From a bacterium (GTDB lineage: Bacteria; Myxococcota_A; UBA9160; UBA4427), in assembly GCA_030432735.1 (NCBI GenBank), contig JAUIMK010000001.1, positions 1 to 52,361 on the forward strand: a stretch of 52,361 bases of DNA, in the 5' to 3' direction. Both the position numbers and the translations under genes were made by a program. Within the stretch, counting starts at the first letter, position 1; each line of letters begins with the position of its first letter. The notes below the pieces were generated by a model. The model was not told the DNA's origin. It did no database searches and saw nothing but the letters and a program-made list of their open reading frames with translations. This document shows positions 1 to 10,678 of the stretch, in pieces.

Positions 1-1664
<1,664 letters not shown>

Positions 1665-1781
1665 GCTGCGGGTCCTCGTGCCGGACGGGCTCCCGCACCG
1701 GGGCGGCGGGGGCGCGAGCGGTCGTGGGCGGTCGATGAGGAGAGACCCGCCGCGCGCGACCGAGAGCCGGACCGGAAGCGG

Positions 1782-1888
1782 TGCACGACGGCAGGGCGTG
1801 CAGTTCTAGACCGGAATGAGTTCTGAATCAAACAACTCGGTCCATTTCAGCACGAACCGACACTCGACTGTGCATCCCCAGGCACAGT
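1782..1888. promoter_or_regulatory. Two inverted repeats with TGCAC/GTGCA cores upstream of amtB (candidate NtrC-type enhancer sites)
   Basis: TGCACG-N9-CGTGCA at 1782-1802 and ACTGTGC-N8-GCACAGT at 1867-1888, which lie 120-225 nt upstream of the amtB start (1664) in a locally AT-richer stretch. The half-sites resemble the GCAC/GTGC cores of NtrC sites but the spacing is non-canonical. Confidence 0.25.
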
Positions 1889-1900
1889 TCGAGGTCGAGA

Positions 1901-1928
1901 CCCCGCGCGCGGCCGGCCGCAGGCGGGG
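1901..1928 (-). terminator. GC-rich hairpin downstream of bolA (terminator-like, no U-tract)
   Basis: The near-palindrome ccccgcgcgcggccggccgcaggcgggg forms 6 bp, a 2-nt mismatch, 4 bp and a ccgg loop. It sits 38 nt after the bolA stop. No T/U run follows on the minus strand. Confidence 0.25.
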
Positions 1929-1965
1929 AGTCGGTCCCGGTCAGGGTCATCGTCGCGCCCTCGGC

Positions 1966-2235
1966 CTAGGGGACGAGGCACTCCAGACGATCGACCGCGT
2001 GGACCGGCGGATTCGCGCCGGCCATCAGGTCGGTGATCGCGCCGTAGACGAGCTGCTGCTGCTTGACCCGGTTCAGGCCGTCGAAGGCCTGGTCGGTCAC
2101 GGTGATCTCGAAGTGGCCCGGACCCTGGGGCCGGACGTCGATCACCGCCTCCGGCAGCTTCCCCGCGATCGCCGCGCGGATCTGCTCCGCGATCTCCTCC
2201 GGCGGCGGTCCAGCGTTGATGATCTGCAGTGCCAT
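1966..2235 (-). CDS. bolA: BolA family protein
   Basis: I use the internal ATG at 2233-2235 of ORF 1966..2352. The 89-aa product MALQIINAGPPPEEIAEQIRAAIAGKLPEAVIDVRPQGPGHFEITVTDQAFDGLNRVKQQQLVYGAI... has BolA motifs (H-F-x-I-x-V, RVxQHRxVY-like). It is adjacent to a monothiol glutaredoxin, the known BolA partner. Confidence 0.85.
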   Translation of the reverse strand: MALQIINAGPPPEEIAEQIRAAIAGKLPEAVIDVRPQGPGHFEITVTDQAFDGLNRVKQQQLVYGAITDLMAGANPPVHAVDRLECLVP

Positions 2236-2308
2236 GGTGACGCAGCTCCGATGGGTTCGAGTTCGCCGAGTCGCGCGCGCTTCTCGCCGAGCGCCCGCAG
2301 TCGAAGGT

Positions 2309-3250
2309 TCAGTAGCGCGGGACGTCCGGGTCGATCTCCTGGCTCCAGGCATCGATCCCGCCGACCACGTTGAAGACCTGCGTGAAGCCGAGGGAGACGA
2401 ACTGCTCCGCCGCCTGCTGCGAGCGACCGCCGTGGTGGCAGAAGAGGACGAGCTTCGAGTCCCGGGACAGGCCTTCGATCCGGGCCGCCTCGGTCTCGTT
2501 CAGCAGGACGGCGCCGGGGATCGCGGCGATCGCCCGCTCTTCCGGGGTGCGCACGTCGAGGAGCTCCATCGCCTCGCCCGAGTCGATCGCGCGCTTCAGG
2601 TCCGCGACGGACATCTGCTGGACCTTCGGTGCGTTCGGGTTGTCGACCTTGAAGGCCTGGCCGTTCGGCGTGTCGGCGACGTCGATCTTGATGCCGTCCG
2701 CGCGGCCCGCCGACATCGGGTCGAGGAGCAGCGTCATGCCCGCGCCGCCGCCCTCGACGATCGCCTCGACGTCCGCCGGGGTGCGCGGCGCGATCGAGAG
2801 ATGCGCCTGGAAGGTCGCGTCGACCGAGAGGTGGAGCTCGCGCCCGCCGCCGCCGTGCTCCGCGGCCGCGCCCGCGAGGGCCTTCGCCGCGACGTCGGTC
2901 ACGGTGATCTTCGGTTGCACGACCTCGACGGGCTCGAGGCCGAGCGCTTCGTAGAGCTCGCCGTTGCCCATCATCTCCTGGACGATGTCGCAGCCGCCGA
3001 CGAACTCGCCCTTCACGTAGAGCTGCGGGATCGTCGGCCAGGACGAGAAGGTCTTGATCCCGTCGCGAATGTGCGGCGCCGACAGCACGTCGACCGTGTG
3101 ATAGGTCTCGAGCATCGAGTCGAGGATGCCGACGACGGTCGCCGAGAAGCCGCACTGCGGCGAGCGGCGATTGCCCTTCATGAAGAGCACGACCTCGTTC
3201 GACTCGATCGTGTCGGTGATTTCCTGGCGGACGGATTCGTCGAGGGACAT
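2309..3250 (-). CDS. Monothiol glutaredoxin (Grx4/GrxD, CGFS) fused to a Cys-less A-type-carrier (IscA/HesB)-like domain and a C-terminal rhodanese domain
   Basis: I use the ATG at 3248-3250 (MSLDESV...), giving 313 aa. The domains are Grx4 (VVLFMKGNRRSPQCGFS...WPTIPQLYVKGEFVGGCDIV), a middle ~100 aa that aligns by eye to IscA/HesB (ITVTDVAAKAL...LLLDPMSAGRADGIKIDV...FKVDNPNAP) without ligand cysteines, and rhodanese (LLDVRTPEE...LFCHHGGRSQQAA...GGIDAW). Confidence 0.8.
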   Translation of the reverse strand: MSLDESVRQEITDTIESNEVVLFMKGNRRSPQCGFSATVVGILDSMLETYHTVDVLSAPHIRDGIKTFSSWPTIPQLYVKGEFVGGCDIVQEMMGNGELYEALGLEPVEVVQPKITVTDVAAKALAGAAAEHGGGGRELHLSVDATFQAHLSIAPRTPADVEAIVEGGGAGMTLLLDPMSAGRADGIKIDVADTPNGQAFKVDNPNAPKVQQMSVADLKRAIDSGEAMELLDVRTPEERAIAAIPGAVLLNETEAARIEGLSRDSKLVLFCHHGGRSQQAAEQFVSLGFTQVFNVVGGIDAWSQEIDPDVPRY

Positions 3251-3432
3251 GGGGACTCCGCGTCTTGGCTGGTCGGGGCGCGATCCAGGCGAGATCGGGC
3301 GCGCCGACAGCGGCGTCACGCGGGGTCGCGGGCGTGCTGCGGACCGGGAGGTCCGGCGCCGATCGCGCCTACCCTAGCAGCAAAGGGCGCAGATGGCCGA
3401 AATCGGGACTTCGGGAAAACCGAAGGGCGGCC

Positions 3433-4287
3433 TCAAGTGGCGACGTCCTGGCTGTCCTTGATGCGATCCGCGCACAGCGTCAGGATCGGCTCGACGTCGG
3501 CCTCGGTCAGATCGAGGAAGGCCCACGCGGGCTGGGCCGCGAGGTCGAGGTCCTCGATCGGGCGGGAGCGACCCACGCCGAGCTTCGACAGCGCCATGCT
3601 CGTGACGGTCGTGAGGGCGCAGGTCCGGGCGACGTCGTCGTCGAGCTCGGCGAGCATGCCCGGGTTGTGGTGGTGCTGGATCGTGAGGACCAGGCTGTCC
3701 GGCAGGCCCCACTGCTGGACGACCGCCGCGCCGAGCTCGGCGTGGCTGAAGCCGAAGACCTCGTTCTCCACTTCCGTGAAGCTCCGGCCCTCGTTGTAGA
3801 CGGTCATCATGACGCGCTCGTACTCGGAGCGATGGCTGTTGGCGAGGGCCGTCTTGCCGATGTGGTGCATCAGGCCGGCGGTGAAGGCGATGTCGGGATC
3901 GACGCGGATCCCGCGATGGTCGGCCAGCAGCGCGGCGACCGGGCCCGAGAGCGAGGAGTGCTGCCAGAGGAGCTTCTCCATCAGGCCGAAGCGCTTGTAG
4001 GTCTCCTTCATGGAGGCCGCGAGCACCAGGTTTCGCACGGTCATCGTGCCGAGCAGCGAGATCGCGTGGGAGAGGCTCTGGATCTCGCTCGGAAAGCCGT
4101 AGAGGGCGGAGTTCGAGATCTTGAGGATGCGCGCGGCGATGGCCGCGTCCTGGTCGATCAGCGCGCGGATGTCGTCGATCGAGCTGTCCGGATTGTCGAC
4201 CGCCCGGACCACCTGGTTGGCGATCGCCGGCATGGTCGGGAGGTCCCCTTCCGAGGCCTGCAGGTAGCTGTCGAGACGATTGCTCAT
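3433..4287 (-). CDS. HDOD domain-containing signalling protein
   Basis: 284-aa ORF with the typical HDOD pattern (LPTMPAIANQVVRAVDNPDSSIDDIRALIDQDAAIAARILKISNSALYGFPSEIQSLSHAISLLG...AGLMHHIGK...). Confidence 0.85.
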   Translation of the reverse strand: MSNRLDSYLQASEGDLPTMPAIANQVVRAVDNPDSSIDDIRALIDQDAAIAARILKISNSALYGFPSEIQSLSHAISLLGTMTVRNLVLAASMKETYKRFGLMEKLLWQHSSLSGPVAALLADHRGIRVDPDIAFTAGLMHHIGKTALANSHRSEYERVMMTVYNEGRSFTEVENEVFGFSHAELGAAVVQQWGLPDSLVLTIQHHHNPGMLAELDDDVARTCALTTVTSMALSKLGVGRSRPIEDLDLAAQPAWAFLDLTEADVEPILTLCADRIKDSQDVAT

Positions 4288-4327
4288 GGAAAGATGAACT
4301 CCGGGCGGACGTCGGCGAGCCTGGGGC

Positions 4328-4349
4328 GAACGAGGGGGCGCCCTCGTTC
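4328..4349 (-). terminator. Perfect 9-bp hairpin between the small Cys-rich gene and the HDOD gene (terminator-like, no U-tract)
   Basis: gaacgaggg-ggcg-ccctcgttc forms a 9-bp stem with a 4-nt loop. It is 160 nt downstream of the 4513 stop and 40 nt upstream of the HDOD ATG. Confidence 0.3.
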
Positions 4350-4512
4350 AGCCTCTTCGACCGGAGCGGAGCTTTCCATGAGGGTTGGATTGCCCGAGCG
4401 TCGGGCGGGCCAGGTGGCCCCTCTGGGGAGGGGCGCGGGGGCGCTACGAGGCCGCGAGGGGAGCGCGAAGGAGGCGGCGGGGGAGCGACGAAGGGCGGTC
4501 CCGACGGCTCGG

Positions 4513-4776
4513 CTACTCGGTGCAGGTGCGCGAAGCGGCCGGGAGCCGATCGCACTCGAGGGTCTCGGTCACGCCGCCGGTGACCTGGGAGCAGGCTCCG
4601 CTGTGCGCCTGCATCTCCGCCATCCCGAGGTCCGCGGCCTGGGAGATCGAGCACGCGCGGCGCCCTTTGTACTCGACGCAGATCTCGCACTGGACGCGCG
4701 TGGCGTCCAGCGCGTACCAGATCACGGCCGCGACGAAGGCGATTCCGATCGCAAGGCCGATTGCGGTGCGCGCCAT
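4513..4776 (-). CDS. Small membrane-anchored cysteine-rich protein (hypothetical)
   Basis: 87-aa ORF with an N-terminal TM helix (MARTAIGLAIGIAFVAAVIWYAL) followed by a ~60-aa segment with six Cys (CxxC...C...C...C...C). GC3-rich codons. Its start overlaps the last 55 nt of the prc ORF. Confidence 0.5.
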   Translation of the reverse strand: MARTAIGLAIGIAFVAAVIWYALDATRVQCEICVEYKGRRACSISQAADLGMAEMQAHSGACSQVTGGVTETLECDRLPAASRTCTE

Positions 4777-6959
4777 GACGACTTCGCGGTCTCCTGCAGC
4801 TCGACGAGGTCGGCCAGGATCCGGAGCGCCTCGACCATCTGGGGCGTCGGCTCCTCTTCTTCCTCGTCGTCGGCGGAAGGAGTAGCGCCTTCCTCGGCTT
4901 TCTTCGATTCCGGATCCGCCGTGTCCGCTTCTTCCGCGCCACCGGATGCGCTCGTCGCGCCCTCGTCGGCTTCGCCTTCCGCCGTCTCCGTCGCGGGGGC
5001 TTCGTCGAGCTTCTCCTCCGCCTCGTCCTGCTCGGCGAGCCAGGACGCGAGGTGGATCACGTCGTCTTCCTCCGCCTGCTTGGTCAGGAGCTCTTCGATC
5101 TCCTTGAACTCCTCGTCCTTCGCGACCCGTTCCGCGGAGCGATTCCGGAGCTCCGCGAGCAGCGCGTCGTTGACCGGGGTCCAGGTCGGCTCGACCGGCG
5201 CCGCGGGCTCGCTGCGGCCGAAGCGCGCAAGCCCGGCGAAGGTCGACTGGACGCCCAGGAAGGGTGTGATCGTCTGGCTACCGAGCGAGTAGGGGGTGTA
5301 GCGCTCGCCGAACTCGTCGGTTGCGAAGAGCGAGGGAAGGACGATGTCGGCGGCGACGCCGGAGTGCTGGGTCGAATCCCCGCCCGGTCGGAAGAAGAGG
5401 GCGGTCGTGACCTTGAGGGCACCGAGACGGCCGGGCTGGTCGACGTAGCTCTGGACGGTGCCCTTTCCGAAGGTGTGGTCGTCGCCGACGATGACCGCGC
5501 GCCCGTAGTCCTGCATGGCGCCCGCGACGATCTCGGAGGCCGACGCAGTGATGCGCGACGTGAGGATCACGAGGGGGCCATCGTAGACCGTGTCGGGATA
5601 GGGGTCGGCCATGTACTGCACTTCGGAGAAGACGTTCTTCACCGCGACGACGTTGCCTTCGGGAATGAAGAGGCCGGCGATGTCCCGGGCGCTGTCGAGC
5701 TTGCCGCCGCCGTTGCGGGAGAGGTCGAGCAGCACGCCGTCCGCCTTCCATTCGGCGGCCTGACGCAGCAGGTCGCGCACGTCGCGGTGGCTCTGGCGCT
5801 TCGACGGATCCGCGTCGCCGTAGAAGGTCGGCAGGTCGATCACCGCGAGGCGTCGGATCTCCCCGTCGACCTCGATTTCGTGCTTCTCGAGGGTCGCCGC
5901 CGCGTCCTCGATCATGACCTTGTCCCGCACGATCGCGACCTCGAAGCGCTCCTTCTTGCGCAGGACCGTGAGCTCGACGGTCGTGCCGCGTTCGCCTCGG
6001 ATCATCGCGACCACGTCGCGGAGCGCCATGTCGACGATGTCGACCGGATCCTCGCCTTCCTGGCGGACGGCGATGATCTTGTCGCCGGGCTCGAGGGCGT
6101 CGGCTCGCTCCGTCGCGCCGCCCGGAATGATCCGCTCGACGACCGAATACCCGTCCTTCGACGAGAGCGCGACGCCGATCCCGTCGAGCGAGAGGCTCAT
6201 CTGGATCTTGAAGTCCTCGTCGGCCTCGGGCGGATAGTAGGCGGAGTGGGGATCGAGGGCGCCGGCGAAGGCATTCAGGAACGTGCCGTAGGTGTCGCGG
6301 GGCTCGAGCTCCTTCGCGCGCTTGGTCATCAGCTCGTAGCGATGGATCAGCTTCTCCTTCGCCTTCGGGAGCTCCATGTCGCTGCTCAGGTAGTTCGACA
6401 TCTGGAAGTGGACGAGGCGATGGATCAGCTTGACCCGGCTCTCGTCGTTCGAGGGATGACCGCGCTTGTCGGGATCGAGGATCAGGCGGACGTCGGTGTC
6501 GAGGGCGTAGCTCTCGTCGGAGACGAAGTCCCGGACCTCCTTCTCCATCCGCTCGTAGCGCTTCACGAGATCCAGCTCGATCTCGTCGAGCAGATCGCAC
6601 TCGCCGTTCTGGAGGGCGAAGAAGACGCCGGCGAGTCGGCGGCGCAGGTCCTTGATCTCGCTCGCCAGAAAGAGGGTCTTGGACGAGTCGATCTTCTCGA
6701 TGTAGGCGTCGATGGCGCGCTCACGGATCTCGGTGTCGAGGCCGCGGTAGCTGATGTGTCGCTTGAGCAGCGCCTGCAGCAGATCCCAGCTGGTGGAGCA
6801 GGTCAGCTCCGGCTGGGTGTAGGCGCTGGCCCCGGAGGGGACGAGAAGGAGGGCGAGGGCGCTGGCCGCGAGGAGTCCGCGAAGCAGGCGCGATCGGCGC
6901 GGGGAATGGGGGCGGGCCGACCCGGGCCGGTCGAACGGGGACTCGTAGCTACGCATCAT
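4722..6959 (-). CDS. prc: Carboxy-terminal processing (tail-specific) protease, S41 family, with long acidic C-terminal tail
   Basis: I use the ATG at 6957-6959 (MMRSYE..., followed by the signal-like LLRGLLAASALALLLVPSGASA). The ORF has Prc-like N-terminal helical, PDZ and S41 catalytic regions (LDLSRNGGGKLDSA...LTSRITASASEIVAGAMQDYGRAVIVGDDHTFGKGTVQ) and a DUF3340-like C-terminus. Confidence 0.9.
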   Translation of the reverse strand: MMRSYESPFDRPGSARPHSPRRSRLLRGLLAASALALLLVPSGASAYTQPELTCSTSWDLLQALLKRHISYRGLDTEIRERAIDAYIEKIDSSKTLFLASEIKDLRRRLAGVFFALQNGECDLLDEIELDLVKRYERMEKEVRDFVSDESYALDTDVRLILDPDKRGHPSNDESRVKLIHRLVHFQMSNYLSSDMELPKAKEKLIHRYELMTKRAKELEPRDTYGTFLNAFAGALDPHSAYYPPEADEDFKIQMSLSLDGIGVALSSKDGYSVVERIIPGGATERADALEPGDKIIAVRQEGEDPVDIVDMALRDVVAMIRGERGTTVELTVLRKKERFEVAIVRDKVMIEDAAATLEKHEIEVDGEIRRLAVIDLPTFYGDADPSKRQSHRDVRDLLRQAAEWKADGVLLDLSRNGGGKLDSARDIAGLFIPEGNVVAVKNVFSEVQYMADPYPDTVYDGPLVILTSRITASASEIVAGAMQDYGRAVIVGDDHTFGKGTVQSYVDQPGRLGALKVTTALFFRPGGDSTQHSGVAADIVLPSLFATDEFGERYTPYSLGSQTITPFLGVQSTFAGLARFGRSEPAAPVEPTWTPVNDALLAELRNRSAERVAKDEEFKEIEELLTKQAEEDDVIHLASWLAEQDEAEEKLDEAPATETAEGEADEGATSASGGAEEADTADPESKKAEEGATPSADDEEEEEPTPQMVEALRILADLVELQETAKSSWRAPQSALRSESPSSRP

Positions 6960-7171
6960 GACTCCGATAATAGGGAGGGGCGCAGGTGGCGTCAGGCACG
7001 CCCCGGAGCCCTCCCCGCTTTTCCCATCGGCCGCGCGCCTCGGGGAGCTGAGGTTTTGGGGTCCGACCGCCCCGTTTTCGTTCACGAATCCACCGGACCG
7101 AAGGTCCCTCGGCTACAGTCGCCGCCCCCGAGGCCTGCCCCACATGGCTTCGTCGCGACGGAGAGGGATCG

Positions 7172-8782
<1,611 letters not shown>

Positions 8783-8904
8783 TCCGAAGGATCCGATGTT
8801 CGTGGGCCGCGGGCGCTCCTGGCTCGAGGGCCGCGGGTGATCTCGCCGCTCCGCCGCGGGCATTCTTTCGGTTCCGGCGCGGCGCGTTCGCGCGGAGGTG
8901 AAGC

Positions 8905-10173
8905 GTGGCGGATGGAGCCGGTCGGTCGCCCAGCCGTCAGGTCGTCGAGATCCCGGCCGTGCGTCTCTTCCTGGGGGCGCAGTTCTTCTCGGCGTTCGCG
9001 CGGTCGCTGCTGCAGGCGACGATCGCCTGGCATCTCTGGAAGCTGACCGAGTCGTATTTCATGCTCGGCGTCATCGGCTTCGTCGAGTTCCTGCCGGTGA
9101 TTCCGGTCTCGCTCTTCGCCGGGGCCTTCGCCGACGCGCACGATCGCCGGCGAATCGTGCTGACGACGCGTTCGCTCACGCTCTGTGGCGCGTTCGTTCT
9201 CGCGGCGGCGACCGGCGCGGCGTCGCCGGACGTCGAGACGGGGCTCGTCCTCGCGACCGCCTTCGCGCTCGCGTTCGCTTCGTCCTTCGAGAACCCGGCG
9301 AGCTCGTCGATCCTGCCGAACCTGGTGCCGATCCGGATCTTCGCGTCGGCGACGGTCGTGTCGGCGAACGTCCGGAACGTCGCGCGCATGAGCGGGCCGG
9401 TCGCGATGGGTGCGCTCACCGCGACCTGGGGGATCGCGTCGGCCTACCGGGTGACGGTCGCGTGCCTCGCCCTCTCGCTCGCGCTGCTCGCTCGCGTCGC
9501 CGTCCCGCGACTGGATGCGAGCGCCCGTCCGCGCGTGTCCTGGGCGGCGGTTCGGGAAGGGCTCGCCTTCGTGCGCGACCAGAAGGCGATCCTCGGATCG
9601 ATGACCCTCGACATGTTCGCGGTGATCTTCGCCGGGGCGACGGCGATGCTGCCGGTCTACGCGGACGAGATCCTTCGGGTCGGCGAGTTCGGCTACGGGC
9701 TGCTCAGTGCGTCGATGCAGATCGGGACGATGGCGATGGCGCTGATCCTGCTGTGGCTGCCGCCGATGACGAAGCCCGGGCGAGCGCTCTGCTGGTCGGT
9801 GCTCGTCTTCGGGCTCGCGACGATCCTCTTCGGGCTCTCGCGTTCGTTCCCGCTCTCGATCGCGGCCTTCGTCCTGGCGGGCATGGCGGATCAGGTGAGC
9901 ATGGTGACGCGCTCGGTGATCCTGCAGCTCTCGACGCCGGACGCGCTTCGGGGGCGCGTGAACTCCGTCGGCATGATCTTCATCGGTGCGAGCAACGAGC
10001 TGGGCGCCGCCGAGTCCGGCTTCCTCGCGGCGGTCACGAACGCGACCTTCTCGGTCGTCGCCGGCGGCTTCGCCTGTCTCGGGGCGCTGGGAATCGTGAA
10101 CGCGCGGATGCCGGAGCTGCGTCGATTCGAGGTCGGGGCCGCGGGGGGAGCGGTCGCGGGAGAGATGCCCTGA
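8905..10173 (+). CDS. MFS transporter
   Basis: 422-aa ORF starting at GTG 8905 with a strong SD (GGAGG, 6-nt spacer). About 12 hydrophobic helices and the MFS loop motif (GAFADAHDRRR). The overlapping frame 8898..10238 is Arg/Gly-rich junk. Confidence 0.85.
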   Translation: MADGAGRSPSRQVVEIPAVRLFLGAQFFSAFARSLLQATIAWHLWKLTESYFMLGVIGFVEFLPVIPVSLFAGAFADAHDRRRIVLTTRSLTLCGAFVLAAATGAASPDVETGLVLATAFALAFASSFENPASSSILPNLVPIRIFASATVVSANVRNVARMSGPVAMGALTATWGIASAYRVTVACLALSLALLARVAVPRLDASARPRVSWAAVREGLAFVRDQKAILGSMTLDMFAVIFAGATAMLPVYADEILRVGEFGYGLLSASMQIGTMAMALILLWLPPMTKPGRALCWSVLVFGLATILFGLSRSFPLSIAAFVLAGMADQVSMVTRSVILQLSTPDALRGRVNSVGMIFIGASNELGAAESGFLAAVTNATFSVVAGGFACLGALGIVNARMPELRRFEVGAAGGAVAGEMP

Positions 10174-10185
10174 AGCGTCGCGCAT

Positions 10186-10222
10186 CGCAGCGCTACGCAG
10201 CGGGCACGCAGCCCCCACGCAG
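10186..10222 (+). repeat. Four helically phased direct repeats of CGCAG (three as ACGCAG)
   Basis: CGCAG starts at 10186, 10196, 10207 and 10218, a spacing of 10, 11 and 11 nt (about one DNA turn). The last two copies are CACGCAG. They lie just after the MFS stop in the largest non-coding stretch of the window. Confidence 0.4.
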
Positions 10223-10375
10223 GCCGCACGATCGGTGACGGATCGCGTGCGCGGCCGGACGCTTTTCGCGTCACCCCGGGTCGGTCCGCTGCGACATACG
10301 AGGCGAGGGTGGATCTCCCCGTCTTCGTCCAGGGACGAGGAGCTCCGCGAACGAGTTGCCCGAGGTGACGTGACG

Positions 10376-10519
10376 ATGGCGCGGTCGATGCTCTGGCTCA
10401 GATACGGATTCTGTACCTGCCTGGGATTGGCAGTGATCGGTCTGGCTGCGGTCTCCCCCGATCCCATGCCGGCCGCATCGACCAGGACCGACGTCCCCAC
10501 GGACGGCGTCCGCGACTAG
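10376..10519 (+). CDS. Candidate small membrane protein (47 aa), hypothetical
   Basis: Internal ATG of ORF 10235..10519 with GAGG 10 nt upstream. The product MARSMLWLRYGFCTCLGLAVIGLAAVSPDP... has one hydrophobic helix. It is followed 57 nt later by the strongest terminator-like hairpin in the window. I recognise no homology. Confidence 0.35.
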   Translation: MARSMLWLRYGFCTCLGLAVIGLAAVSPDPMPAASTRTDVPTDGVRD

Positions 10520-10575
10520 CTCGCCGTCTCGCCTCACCCCATCCGATCCGGGTCCATCGACTCCCTGGATGGACC

Positions 10576-10615
10576 GCCGCCCCACCGTCCCTCGAGCGGT
10601 GGGGCGGCCTCGTTT
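10576..10615 (+). terminator. Intrinsic-terminator-like hairpin (12-bp perfect GC-rich stem plus short T run)
   Basis: gccgccccaccg (10576-10587), loop tccctcgag, then cggtggggcggc (10597-10608), followed by ctcgTTTc. Confidence 0.55.
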
Positions 10616-10678
10616 CGGGACGGCGCCGACGCGGCGCGAGCGGCGGCGCCCGAAGCTCGCCTGTGCTTCGCTCGCGCG

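Noticed and set aside
1670-1700. Possible sigma-54 promoter (GGCAC-N..-GC) for amtB on the minus strand
   Set aside because: The GG-to-GC spacing is one nt too long, the -12 TTGC is absent, and the element abuts the start codon, leaving no leader or SD.
3395-3432. Alternative small hairpins (cttcgg/ccgaag/ttcgg) after the HDOD stop as an attenuator
   Set aside because: The stems are only 5-6 bp, and the U-run lies in the loop rather than after the stem. This is too weak to call.
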